Positions 20,571 through 33,398 of a DNA stretch of 64,000 nucleotides are shown in pieces. Positions within the stretch are counted from its first letter, which is position 1. Every line of letters begins with the position of its first letter. Source of the stretch: Candidatus Cloacimonadales bacterium (GTDB lineage Bacteria > Cloacimonadota > Cloacimonadia > Cloacimonadales > JAFGVF01); contig OY782781.1 of the NCBI GenBank assembly GCA_963678315.1, positions 448,001 to 512,000 of the forward strand, in the 5' to 3' direction. The notes under the pieces are model-generated. The model was not told where the DNA came from, made no database searches, and saw only the letters and a program-made list of their open reading frames with translations. Position numbers and translations under genes: made by a program.

Positions 20571-21497
20571 ATGATTAGATATTTCGCACCTTATGATGTT
20601 AAATATGTTGAAGTTGAAGATAAAACAAATGCTAAATGGATTTACATCGAAGCCCCTACAACGAAAGAGATTAACGAAATTGCTGTTGAACATGAAATAC
20701 CTCTCGACTTTCTTACTGACCCTCTTGACCAGGATGAGACTTCTCGTATAGAGTATGAAGATGATATTATTCTTATAATCATGAGATTGCCAACTCGTTC
20801 AGGGTCTGATGATTTGCCATTTGTTACTAAACCTTTCGGTGTTATCTTGATTGATGATATCGTTATCACTATCTCAGACGGTTCAAATGAGCTCCTAACC
20901 CCCTTCTTAAAAGGTATTAATAAGAAGTTTAAAGTCTCTCAACTTAGCTTCATACTTCATATTTTTAATAGAAATGCTCTCCTTTATTTAACTTATTTGA
21001 AAGTTATAGATCGTAGAATCAGTGAATTAGAAACAGAGATAACCTCTAGCATGAAAAACAAAGAGATTAATAGATTACTTAAACTAGATAAATGCCTTGT
21101 TTATTTTACCACTTCTCTAAAATCCAATGAAGTCACCCTAGAAAGGCTTCAGCGTTCTCGTTGGATGCATGAAGAACCTGAAACTGAAGACTTGTTAGAA
21201 GATGTTATCATTGATAATAAACAGGCTATTGAAATGGCAACAATCTTTACTAATATTCTCAAAAGGACTACTGAAGCTTTCTCATCAATGATTTCTAACA
21301 ATCTGAATGTTGTTATGAAGTTCCTGACTTCTATTACAATCATACTCATGCTTCCTACCTTAATTGCAAGTTTTTATGGTATGAATGTCCACCTACCTCT
21401 TGAGAGCAATCCCCTTGCTTTTTGGATACTTATGGGAATGTCTACCCTCATTTCTTTATTGGCTACAATTTTCTTCTGGAAAAATAAATTATTTTAA
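20571..21497 (+). CDS. corA: CorA family Mg2+ transporter
   Basis: D.DE.SRIE, NNLNVVMKFLT, YGMN signature, two C-terminal TMs. Confidence 0.92.
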   Translation: MIRYFAPYDVKYVEVEDKTNAKWIYIEAPTTKEINEIAVEHEIPLDFLTDPLDQDETSRIEYEDDIILIIMRLPTRSGSDDLPFVTKPFGVILIDDIVITISDGSNELLTPFLKGINKKFKVSQLSFILHIFNRNALLYLTYLKVIDRRISELETEITSSMKNKEINRLLKLDKCLVYFTTSLKSNEVTLERLQRSRWMHEEPETEDLLEDVIIDNKQAIEMATIFTNILKRTTEAFSSMISNNLNVVMKFLTSITIILMLPTLIASFYGMNVHLPLESNPLAFWILMGMSTLISLLATIFFWKNKLF

Positions 21498-21617
21498 AAG
21501 ATTAATTAAAGGTGAATGTAACCGTAATTAACAAGTTTGCTTGATAAAGAACTTGCCAACTTGTTTTTATAGATTATTATTGAATTAAACTCAGAATTAT
21601 ATAATTGGGAGAAAATT

Positions 21618-23192
21618 ATGAAAAAAGTACTACTTTTATTATTGTTAAGCCTTGTTCTCTTTGCTTGTAGTGATGATGATAACTCTACCAGCCCTAGCTA
21701 TACAACTTACGATTCTTTCGAAGACATAGATATTCCTTCAAGTTTCAACTATGAAACTCAAGAGGAACTTACTTTGGAAGTATGGGCTCCTGTTAAATCT
21801 ACTGTTCTAGTCAAGGACCAAGCAGGAACAGTGTTAAATACTTTCATGACTGATGATACTGGTAATATCGTTAAGAAAATCTCAATTCCTAGCACAGTTG
21901 AGACTCTTACTTTTGCTTACAGAAATCAAGAATTTGTCTATCCTGTAACTACAAGTGATGAAAATATGCTAGTTGAACTATATAATATTTCAGATGAAGA
22001 AAAAACTAGTCGTAATCAAGCAAAAAAAGTAAAATTATATGTTGTTCCTATTTTAGAAGGAGTAACTATTAATGGTGATGGTAGTATGACCTCTTATTGG
22101 GGATATGATAACCAATTCCCAGATACTCAAACTGTACCTATTGGAGCTAAGAATAAATTCACTGGTTCAGGACTTAATAACAGTTCTCAAGACCAAGGTC
22201 AGCCTACAGATTTCTTAACCGGAAGACATTATAATGTATTCCAAGTTACTCACTCATCACTTGGTAACGACTGTATAACATGGTCTCTTCAAACTTCTAG
22301 CAGATTAACACAAGATGCATGTCCAGATGCTCCTCTAATGCCTGGCGTTGATTCTGATGAAGATGGTGTTATTGATGATGATGATGATTATCCTAATGAT
22401 GAAACTAAAGCTTATGATATATTCTATCCATCAGAAAATAGCTATGGAACCTTAGCTTATGAAGATCTATGGCCTAATCTTGGAGACTTTGATTTCAATG
22501 ACTTAGTTCTAAGATATAGAATCAAAGAAGTTCATAGTGCTGAAAGTGAAGTTAAAGAAGTTGAATTTAACTTTGTTTTAGTGGCTATCGGTGCTAACCA
22601 GCAAAATGGTTTCTTCATCGAACTACCATTCAACGGTACTGATGTAGCAATTACTAATACTTATAACAGCGCTAACACTCAAGTATTAGTTTATGATGAA
22701 TTAGCTGTTTTACAAGTCTTCAATAATACTAATGATGTTGTACAATATGAAACAGACTTCATGAACACAATCGAAGAAGAAGCAGAAATTGCTCCTGTTG
22801 AATTTAGTCTTACTATTGAAGTGAATGGACAATACAATGTAGATAATTTAGTATATTCTGCTCCTTATAATCCTTTCTTGACAGTAAATCATGATCTTAC
22901 TAAGGAAGTTCATTTACCTGGTTTCCCTCCAACATCAAATGCTGATGTTACAATCTTTGGAACAGGTGATGATGCAACTAATGTTAATGATGGTTACTAC
23001 TACAAAACTGAAGATGGTATTCCTTGGGCAATGAATATTATTGTTCCTGTTAAACACCCTCTTGAAAGAAAAGAAATTGTCGAAGCATATCCTGAGTTCG
23101 GAAGCTGGGTAGCTTCTGGTGGAACTTCTTTCCAAGACTGGTATCTAAATCCAGTTGATGAAAAAGTATATACCTTAGAAATGGACCAATAA
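21618..23192 (+). CDS. LruC-domain (DUF4842-like) lipoprotein
   Basis: Lipobox LFAC, DSDEDGVIDDDDDYP Ca-binding-like repeat, TLAYEDLWP.GDFDFNDLV, YNPF, EVHL, PWA, AYPEF..W. Confidence 0.85.
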   Translation: MKKVLLLLLLSLVLFACSDDDNSTSPSYTTYDSFEDIDIPSSFNYETQEELTLEVWAPVKSTVLVKDQAGTVLNTFMTDDTGNIVKKISIPSTVETLTFAYRNQEFVYPVTTSDENMLVELYNISDEEKTSRNQAKKVKLYVVPILEGVTINGDGSMTSYWGYDNQFPDTQTVPIGAKNKFTGSGLNNSSQDQGQPTDFLTGRHYNVFQVTHSSLGNDCITWSLQTSSRLTQDACPDAPLMPGVDSDEDGVIDDDDDYPNDETKAYDIFYPSENSYGTLAYEDLWPNLGDFDFNDLVLRYRIKEVHSAESEVKEVEFNFVLVAIGANQQNGFFIELPFNGTDVAITNTYNSANTQVLVYDELAVLQVFNNTNDVVQYETDFMNTIEEEAEIAPVEFSLTIEVNGQYNVDNLVYSAPYNPFLTVNHDLTKEVHLPGFPPTSNADVTIFGTGDDATNVNDGYYYKTEDGIPWAMNIIVPVKHPLERKEIVEAYPEFGSWVASGGTSFQDWYLNPVDEKVYTLEMDQ

Positions 23193-23229
23193 AACACTAA
23201 ATACTATCCATTAGGATGCAAAAGATATT

Positions 23230-23254
23230 AACCCCAGATTTTCTGGGGTTTTTT
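23230..23254 (+). terminator. Intrinsic terminator after the LruC-like gene
   Basis: AACCCCAGA-TTT-TCTGGGGTT followed by a T-tract. Confidence 0.85.
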
Positions 23255-23371
23255 ATTATTTAATAAAAAATACACTTGTTGAGTTATTTTTTTTGATTGA
23301 CAATTTATATATTTAGCCTAGATAATGTAGTTGGTTTGACGAAAATAGTAAATTACATTTAAGGAGATATT

Positions 23372-23998
23372 ATGAAAAGATTTTTTAACACATTGATCTT
23401 AATTTTGTTTGTCAGTATTATTCTTGCATGTAGTTCTCATAAGAATCTGAGCAGTATATTAAAACCAGGAGACATAATCTTCCATCCATCAAATTCAAGG
23501 CAGAGTACAGCTATTAAATTAGCTACAAACTCTGAGTATTCTCACTGTGGAATCATATACGAATCCAAAGGTAAACTTTATGTTTTCGAAGCAGTTCAAC
23601 CTGTTAAATTAACTCCTCTCCAAGATTGGATAGATAGAGGTGTAAATGGACATTATGTTGTAAAAAGACTTAAAGATGCAAATAAGATATTAACACCAAC
23701 AGTTCTAAAGACCATGTTTAACTATGGCAAGAAACAGCTAGGTAAAAACTATGATGATAAGTTCTCATGGGATGATGATACTATGTATTGCTCTGAAATT
23801 ATTTGGAAAATGTATAAACAAAGTGCTAATATAGAAATTGGAAAACTGCGTAAATTGAATGACTTTGATTTGTCTCACCCTTTTGTTAAAAAGATTATGA
23901 ATGAACGCTATACTAAAGGTGTTCCATACAATGAAACCGTTATATCACCGCAAGATATATTTGAGTGTCCAAAATTGATTGAAATTACAAGAAACTAA
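23372..23998 (+). CDS. YiiX/YebB-like permuted papain (NlpC/P60) enzyme, lipoprotein
   Basis: Lipobox ILAC, GDIIF, SHCGI, EAVQPV, YD..F, MYCSEI, ISPQDI. Confidence 0.88.
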   Translation: MKRFFNTLILILFVSIILACSSHKNLSSILKPGDIIFHPSNSRQSTAIKLATNSEYSHCGIIYESKGKLYVFEAVQPVKLTPLQDWIDRGVNGHYVVKRLKDANKILTPTVLKTMFNYGKKQLGKNYDDKFSWDDDTMYCSEIIWKMYKQSANIEIGKLRKLNDFDLSHPFVKKIMNERYTKGVPYNETVISPQDIFECPKLIEITRN

Positions 23999-24083
23999 TT
24001 TATTTCATAAAATCTTGACAAATATAATATTTTGTAGTTATCTAGTATTATAGTAAATAAGATTAATACTTATTGGAGGAGAT

Positions 24084-26504
24084 ATGAAAAAATTAGGTCT
24101 AGTAATTGTAATTACAATATTGTTAACAACATTATTCTCAGAAGGTGTTATTCCAGAAGGTCAAGGTACTTCAGAAAATCCATATTTAATAGAGAGTTTA
24201 GATAACTTAGAGTACATTAGTGAGCACTCGAATATGTGGAACAATAAATATTTCTTACAAACTTCAGATATCGATGCTACCGAAACACAAAACTGGAATG
24301 GAGGAATGGGGTTCAAAGGTCTTGGTAGTGTTGAATATGTATGCTGGGATGAATATCATGACGAATGGGGATATGAGTTTGAACCATTTAATTCTCATTA
24401 TGATGGAGGAGGCTTTAGTATTACTAATCTTTTCCAAGATAAACTTAACTATGGTGATTCAGAACCTAGCTTTGCAGGTTTCGTTTCCTCAATGAATAGT
24501 GGACAATTAGTCAATATAAATCTTGTTAACATTGATATCACAGGATTCAATGAGACAGGTGGATTATGTGGTCATTCAGAGGCAGATATTGATAATTGTA
24601 GTGTTTCAGGTAGTGTAAATGGAGCAGGTGATACAGGTTTATTAGTTGGTCGTGCCTATTCTATGAGAATAACGAACTGCAGAACATCAGGTTCAGCTAT
24701 GTCAAATTATGCATACGTTGCTGGAATATGTGGCTACGCTAGATATATTGATATGATTAACTGCCATTCTTCTGCGGAAATAACAGGACAAAATTGGGCT
24801 GGAGGTATTGCTGGTGCAATAGTTACTGTAACAATGGAGAAGTGTAGTTTTCTTGGTTCTATTGAGTGTGATGAAAGTAATTGTGGTGTCTTCCATGCTG
24901 GTATTCATCGAGAATATTTAGCTAGTTTACCTTTGGTTATAACTAATTCATTTTATGATTATTCAAATGTTACATTGAATAATCAACATATTCATGAAGT
25001 AGGAGCACTCTCAACACAACAATATCAAACATGGTTGGATAATGATAAACAGTTTAATTTGGATGATTATTTTGAGAGTAATGGTGATGATTACTATATA
25101 AATTCAGTAGATGATTTCAGGAATATCAATTTATTCTATAATGGTATTAGAACCTTTGTTCTTAATACTGATTTAGATGTTACGGGTGAAGAAGATTTAT
25201 ATATTCCTTATTACTCTGGAGACTTTAATGGTAATGATTTTTCGATAAGTAATTATTCATTATCTCGTGACAGTAAGAATACTGGTCTCATCGGCCATGC
25301 TGAGAATGGACAAATAGAAAATATTAACTTAGTGAATTGTAATATCAGTGGAACATATAATGTTGGTGGGCTGGTCGCTTTCTCTGCAGGTACGATAGAG
25401 AACTGTTATGTTACAGGGCAAGTTACAGGAACAGAAAATGTAGGATTGGTGAGTGGATTTAATATTGATGGTATGATAGCAAATTGTCATGCTTCTGGTA
25501 ATGTATCAGGAGTAATCAACGTTGGTGGAATGGTAGGTAAAGGTTATGCTAAACAGTCGAAATGTAATTGTTCTGTAAGTGGAGAAGAAAATATAGGAGG
25601 AATGATTGGTATAGGTATTGCCGAGGATTGCTATTCTGAATCTGTTGTAGTAGGTGAAAATTACGTTGGTGGATTAATAGGTTATGCTGATCATATAAAT
25701 TGGGTTTATGGATTATTAGATGTTGTAAGATGTGGAGCAAACTGTAATGTAACAGGAGCTACTAATGTTGGAGGGTTGATAGGTAAAGCAAATAATATAG
25801 AAATTTATGATTCATACTCAAAAGGACAGCTGTCACTATTAGATAATTATAATGGTATACCAAATAATTTTGGTGGATTGATTGGTGACTGTTTTAGTAC
25901 TTATGTATGGAGAGGATACTCTATAGTCAACATCAATATTGGTACAGAAATTGAAGAGCAAGGGGAGTTAATAGGTTTGTTTGATGAGGAATATGATTTC
26001 TCTTTAAGCGAGTATTTTTATATTCCAGCTTATTCAGGTGTAGAAGCAAATGGATTTGGCACTTCAATAGATATTTCTCAATTAACAGATATAAACTTTT
26101 TAAATTTACACACTTGGGATACAGAACAAGTTTGGGGTATCAACTCTAGTATTAATGATGGTTTCCCATATATTTTAGGTGCCGAACCTGTTCCAAACTC
26201 TTCTGAAGAAGATAATGTCCAATCTGTTCAATCTATCACAAGCTTAAAGAATTCTTACCCTAACCCCTTTAATCCCGAAACGACAATTCAATTTAATGTG
26301 GCGACAAATGATGTTGCATCATTAACAATATATAATGTAAAGGGTCAAATTGTTAAAAGTTTTGAATCTTATGGAGCTGGCCAGCACTCTGTTGTATGGA
26401 ATGGAACCAACTCAAATAACAAAAGAGTATCATCAGGACTTTATCTATATAGGTTAAAAGGAAAGAATAATTCAACAACTAAGAAAATGATGCTACTGAA
26501 ATAG
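24084..26504 (+). CDS. Secreted GLUG-repeat beta-helix protein with FlgD-Ig/T9SS-CTD-like C-terminus
   Basis: Signal peptide, GTSENPYLI, many VGGL(V/I)G repeats, C-terminal YPNPFNPETTI...WNG...KKMMLLK. Confidence 0.85.
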   Translation: MKKLGLVIVITILLTTLFSEGVIPEGQGTSENPYLIESLDNLEYISEHSNMWNNKYFLQTSDIDATETQNWNGGMGFKGLGSVEYVCWDEYHDEWGYEFEPFNSHYDGGGFSITNLFQDKLNYGDSEPSFAGFVSSMNSGQLVNINLVNIDITGFNETGGLCGHSEADIDNCSVSGSVNGAGDTGLLVGRAYSMRITNCRTSGSAMSNYAYVAGICGYARYIDMINCHSSAEITGQNWAGGIAGAIVTVTMEKCSFLGSIECDESNCGVFHAGIHREYLASLPLVITNSFYDYSNVTLNNQHIHEVGALSTQQYQTWLDNDKQFNLDDYFESNGDDYYINSVDDFRNINLFYNGIRTFVLNTDLDVTGEEDLYIPYYSGDFNGNDFSISNYSLSRDSKNTGLIGHAENGQIENINLVNCNISGTYNVGGLVAFSAGTIENCYVTGQVTGTENVGLVSGFNIDGMIANCHASGNVSGVINVGGMVGKGYAKQSKCNCSVSGEENIGGMIGIGIAEDCYSESVVVGENYVGGLIGYADHINWVYGLLDVVRCGANCNVTGATNVGGLIGKANNIEIYDSYSKGQLSLLDNYNGIPNNFGGLIGDCFSTYVWRGYSIVNINIGTEIEEQGELIGLFDEEYDFSLSEYFYIPAYSGVEANGFGTSIDISQLTDINFLNLHTWDTEQVWGINSSINDGFPYILGAEPVPNSSEEDNVQSVQSITSLKNSYPNPFNPETTIQFNVATNDVASLTIYNVKGQIVKSFESYGAGQHSVVWNGTNSNNKRVSSGLYLYRLKGKNNSTTKKMMLLK

Positions 26505-26579
26505 TATAGAAATACGACTTCTGTCGTTTGATATATCAATCTAAAGCTGTAATTTCAAAATAAAAGAATAAAATTATAA

Positions 26580-27143
26580 GATATAGAGATGCAACATGTT
26601 GCATCTCTATATCTTACTCTTTATGACCCTTCAGGTTTTTTTATGGATAGCACCCGGGTCTAATGCTTTCCATGATTGAAATCATGCCCTTTGGATAATT
26701 TGCACCTCTGCGGTGTCCTGCAAAGTCGGAACGCCATCATCCCTGATGGCCAAACCTAAGAAAGTAGGTTGTGTATAAGCTTTAAATATATGCTTAGCAT
26801 ATATTTATATATAAGAGCCGGCACGGAGGCCAGCGTTCCCAGTACCCCTCTACTCCTAACTCCTATCCCCTCATTCCTAACTTCATCCTGCCTATGTGCC
26901 CATGCGCCTCTTTGAAAAAAGGCCGATTTTTCAAGGTGGCAAGTAAGGCTGTATACATAAAGAGAAATTGAACTTTACAAGTTTTTAAATGTAGTATTCT
27001 CATCTTTCAAACATCCATTTAGGATAATACATACAACCTTTCGGGATAAAACATTATGTCGTCCCTTCGGGACTCAAGTCATTTATATTATTCAACATGG
27101 GGTACAAGACCCCATGCTAATACATGACGTCCTTTCAGGACTA
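26580..27143. repeat. Intergenic mosaic of several REP-like palindrome families
   Basis: TAGAGATGCAACATGTTGCATCTCTA (26584), CATGATTGAAATCATG (26671), GCCATCATCCCTGATGGC (26732), family B (26817), family A (26890-26948), GTCCCTTCGGGAC...CATGGGGTACAAGACCCCATG...GTCCTTTCAGGAC (27056-27143). Confidence 0.85.
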
Positions 27144-27361
27144 GTACAAACATCGAATTTGAAAGATAAGAAGTGGATCAAGTATTCGCCTTCCGTCCAT
27201 TTTAGCTTAAGGTAAGCTTTACAAGTTTTATATGCTACTGCAAACCGATAATTCCACCACAATTCATCAAATAACTCATTATTAGCCTAAATAGTTTTTG
27301 CTTGACGATTTAGCTACTATTTTAAAACTAAGAAAAAATAATATTTAGATGTGGAGGATGT

Positions 27362-28924
27362 GTGCTAAAATTAAATATCGCTCCTGAAAAGATTGCTAAA
27401 GCACGTTCTTATGCTAAGAAGATTGCTGAATCTTTTGATTGGCTTTTTGATGGATATAGCTCAGTTACTATAGAAAGAACTGTTCTCAGATTAATGGGAA
27501 TGGACGGTGCTATTGAGGGTGGAGAACCAATTCCTAACCTCGTAGTGGATCACTTAAAAGAAAAGAAAATAATCAATCGTGGCGCAGCTTATTGGGTTGC
27601 TAATGCTATGGTTGTTAAAGACATGACAGTTCAAGAAGTTGGAGATGCTGTTGCTAATGGTAAATTAGACTTATCTGACATTGGCCAAGCTGATGATGCC
27701 AAAGTAATGACTGTTATTGACCAACTTGTTGATACAATGCTAAAGCATATTAGTAAGCATAGAAATTACAGAGAAAACTGTTTCAAAGAATGGGGTCCTA
27801 GAAGAAGACCTGCTTTATATGTGATTGTTGCAACTGGTAATATCTATGAAGATGTTACTCAAGCAGTGGCTGCGGCAAAGCAAGGTGCAGACATTATTGC
27901 TGTGATTCGTTCTACAGCTCAATCATTACTTGACTATGTTCCTTATGGTGCAACAACTGTTGGTTTCGGTGGAACATTTGCAACTCAAGAAAACTTCAAA
28001 ATCATGCGTAAAGCTCTTGATGAAGTTGGTGAAGAGTTGAAGAGATATATCTCATTGACTAACTATGCTTCAGGTTTATGTATGCCTGAAATAGCAGCGA
28101 TGGGTGCAATTGAAAGACTTGATGTTATGCTTAATGATGCTATGTATGGTATCCTTTTCCGTGACATTAACCCTAAGAGAACAATTCTAGATCAATACTT
28201 CTCTAGAATGATAAATGCTTATGCTGGTATTGAAATTCAAACTGGTGAAGATAACTATTTAACTACTTCAGATGCGATTGAGAAAGCTTACACTGTTACA
28301 GCTTCTCAGTTGATTAATGAACAGTTTGCTTATCTTTCAGGTCTAAAACCTGAAAAGATGGGATTAGGTCACGCTCACGAGATTAACCCAGAAGTTGAAA
28401 ATAGCTTCTCTTATGAGTTATCGCATGCCTTGTTAACAAGTACACTATTCCCAACTGCTCCAACCAAGTATATGCCTCCAACAAAGTTTGCTTCTGGCAA
28501 TATCTTTAAAACCCACTTGATGGATGCAATGTTCAACTTAATCGGTCAAGTTACTAACCAAGGTGTTCAACTTCTTGGAATGCTTACAGAAGCTATCCAT
28601 ACTCCTCACCTTGCTGATAGAGCTATGGCTATTGAAAATGCTAACTATTTATTCACAGCTATGAAAGACTTCGCTAAAGAAGTTACTCTTGAACCAGAAG
28701 GTTTCATCAACACAAGAGCTGAACAAGTTCTTGCTGAAGCTACTGAATTCCTTAAAACTGTTTCAGAACAAGGTTTATTCAATGCAATGAGAGATGGTGA
28801 ATTTGCTGATATAAAACGTCCGGAAGATGCTGGTAAAGGTCTTGACGGAGTATTCACAAAAGATGATAACTATATCAATCCTTTCATGGAAAGAATGAAA
28901 GTTGAATTAGCTTTAAACAAATAG
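27362..28924 (+). CDS. kamD: Lysine 5,6-aminomutase alpha subunit
   Basis: YVIVATGNIYED, AVIRSTAQSLLDYVPYG, NYASGLCMPE, LNDAMYGILFRDIN, KYMPPTK; GTG start after GGAGG. Confidence 0.93.
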   Translation: MLKLNIAPEKIAKARSYAKKIAESFDWLFDGYSSVTIERTVLRLMGMDGAIEGGEPIPNLVVDHLKEKKIINRGAAYWVANAMVVKDMTVQEVGDAVANGKLDLSDIGQADDAKVMTVIDQLVDTMLKHISKHRNYRENCFKEWGPRRRPALYVIVATGNIYEDVTQAVAAAKQGADIIAVIRSTAQSLLDYVPYGATTVGFGGTFATQENFKIMRKALDEVGEELKRYISLTNYASGLCMPEIAAMGAIERLDVMLNDAMYGILFRDINPKRTILDQYFSRMINAYAGIEIQTGEDNYLTTSDAIEKAYTVTASQLINEQFAYLSGLKPEKMGLGHAHEINPEVENSFSYELSHALLTSTLFPTAPTKYMPPTKFASGNIFKTHLMDAMFNLIGQVTNQGVQLLGMLTEAIHTPHLADRAMAIENANYLFTAMKDFAKEVTLEPEGFINTRAEQVLAEATEFLKTVSEQGLFNAMRDGEFADIKRPEDAGKGLDGVFTKDDNYINPFMERMKVELALNK

Positions 28925-28927
28925 GAG

Positions 28928-29689
28928 ATGACCATGAGCAATAAAATAGATAAAACTCAAATTAGACCTTACGGTGATACTCTTAACGATGGTAGAATGC
29001 AATTCTCATTCTCTTTACCTGTCCCATGTGACGAACAAGGTAAAGAAGCAGCACGTCAAATACTCAAACAAATGGGTTGTGATGATTTAGATGTATGTTA
29101 TATGAATGACTTACATGAAGGATTTACTCATTTCATAGCTTATGGTACAACTAATGTATCAGTTGACCTTACAAAAATCCATGTAAAAGTTGTGGAAACA
29201 GATGTAATGGATATGTATGAAAATGAAGATTATATTGATGAACATATAGGCAGAGAAATAACAATTGTTGGTGCTTGTATTGAATCAGATGCTCACACTG
29301 TAGGTATTGACGCTATCATGAATATGAAAGGCTACAATCACAGATATGGATTAGAGAGATATAGAAATATCAATGCAATCAATATGGGCGCTCAGGTTCC
29401 TTGTGAAGAGCTTCTTAAGAAAGCTAGAGAAGTTAATGCTGACGCTATCCTTGTATCTCAAATCGTTACTCAAAAAGATATTCATATCAAGAACCTTACT
29501 AAGCTAATGGAAATGGCAGAAGCTGAAGGTTTGAGAGATAAAATGATATTTGTTTGCGGTGGACCTAGAATCAACCATGAATTAGCTGTTGAATTAGGCT
29601 ATGATGCTGGTTTTGGTACTGGATCTTACTCAACAGATGTTGGATCTTTTATTTCGATTACTATAGCTGAAAAGTTAGGCAATAAATAA
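28928..29689 (+). CDS. kamE: Lysine 5,6-aminomutase beta subunit (B12-binding)
   Basis: RPYGDTLNDG, DAHTVGIDAIMNMKG (DxHxxG plus PLP Lys), GGPRI..ELGYDAGFG. Confidence 0.94.
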   Translation: MTMSNKIDKTQIRPYGDTLNDGRMQFSFSLPVPCDEQGKEAARQILKQMGCDDLDVCYMNDLHEGFTHFIAYGTTNVSVDLTKIHVKVVETDVMDMYENEDYIDEHIGREITIVGACIESDAHTVGIDAIMNMKGYNHRYGLERYRNINAINMGAQVPCEELLKKAREVNADAILVSQIVTQKDIHIKNLTKLMEMAEAEGLRDKMIFVCGGPRINHELAVELGYDAGFGTGSYSTDVGSFISITIAEKLGNK

Positions 29690-29710
29690 AATTAAATAAT
29701 CATATATATT

Positions 29711-29740
29711 GAGAGCTGTGCTAATTCACAGCTCTTTTTT
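29711..29740 (+). terminator. Intrinsic terminator after kamDE
   Basis: AGAGCTGTG-CTAATT-CACAGCTCT followed by a T-tract. Confidence 0.85.
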
Positions 29741-29788
29741 GTAATAATATTATATAGAATTCATTCAAGAAGATAAGGAGATTTATCA

Positions 29789-30592
29789 GTGAACAAGCTT
29801 TTCAAAGTTTTTATCTTATGTTTAGTGCTTCCAAGTATATTATTAACAATTGCATGTAGTGATGACGAAAGTTCTAATGTCAATATGCCTGATAACTTTA
29901 TCAAGGTTCCAGGAGGAACTTTCACAATGGGAAGAACTCAAGGAACAGGTCAGGTAGATGCTTTACCTTTACACCAAGTGACTTTATCTACTTTTTACAT
30001 GAGCATGCATGAGGTTACCCAAGAAGAATATTCGGCTATAATGGACACTAATCCAAGTTCTTTTGTAGATAGCAATAAACCGGTTGAAAATGTTTCATGG
30101 TATGATGCGATAGCTTATTGTAATACCAGATCTATTGAAGAAGAATTGACTCCATGTTACGATTTAACAGACTATAGCTGTGATTTTTCAGCAAATGGCT
30201 ACAGATTATCTACCGAAGCTGAATGGGAATATGCTGCTAGAGGAGCATCTGATGAACCAGACTATTTATATTCAGGCTCAGATGATATAGATGAAGTAGC
30301 TGTCACTTCTAGTAATTCAGACAATCAAAGCAGCGTTGTTGGAAGCAAAGAGCCAAACGCTTTAGGTTTCTTTGACATGAGTGGGAATGTGGATGAATGG
30401 TGTTGGGATTGGTATGGCAACTATGATTATGAATCTCAACTAAACCCAACCGGACCAGAAACTGGAGGATTAAAAATTCTTCGTGGTGGAGATTGGATAA
30501 GCTCTCCTCAATATGGTTCTGTATCTATAAGAGTAAGCTCTATGCCATCTTATTCTGGTTATACAGTAGGATTCAGAGTGGTTAGAAGATAG
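29789..30592 (+). CDS. FGE-sulfatase (SUMF1/EgtB-like) domain lipoprotein
   Basis: Lipobox TIAC, GGTFTMG, EVTQ, PVENVSWYDA, RLSTEAEWEYAARG, DMSGNVDEWCWD, GFR. Confidence 0.88.
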   Translation: MNKLFKVFILCLVLPSILLTIACSDDESSNVNMPDNFIKVPGGTFTMGRTQGTGQVDALPLHQVTLSTFYMSMHEVTQEEYSAIMDTNPSSFVDSNKPVENVSWYDAIAYCNTRSIEEELTPCYDLTDYSCDFSANGYRLSTEAEWEYAARGASDEPDYLYSGSDDIDEVAVTSSNSDNQSSVVGSKEPNALGFFDMSGNVDEWCWDWYGNYDYESQLNPTGPETGGLKILRGGDWISSPQYGSVSIRVSSMPSYSGYTVGFRVVRR

Positions 30593-30625
30593 ATTAGAAA
30601 CACTAAAAGACATGTATATTTTTTA

Positions 30626-30712
30626 TAACTGGGGATGCTTGCATTCCCAGTTATTTTTGTAAGCAGGGATGCTTACAATCCATAACAAAGAAGCCTTGGA
30701 AATCCAAGGCTC
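30626..30712. repeat. Cluster of palindromes (family D) and a probable terminator between convergent genes
   Basis: ACTGGGGATGC..GCATTCCCAGT, GTAAGCAGGGATGCTTACAATCC (also at 45021), AGCCTTGGAAATCCAAGGCT. Confidence 0.7.
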
Positions 30713-30741
30713 TGTATAATATTTATCAAGGTAAATAAAGT

Positions 30742-33387
<2,646 letters not shown>

Positions 33388-33398
33388 GACATACTCCG

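Noticed and set aside
27144..27361. Cobalamin or lysine riboswitch upstream of kamDE
   Set aside because: No recognisable conserved riboswitch motifs; the upstream structure is accounted for by repeats. An Rfam scan would be decisive.
29789..30592. Diversity-generating retroelement target (FGE/CLec fold)
   Set aside because: No template repeat differing at adenines and no reverse transcriptase were seen in the window.
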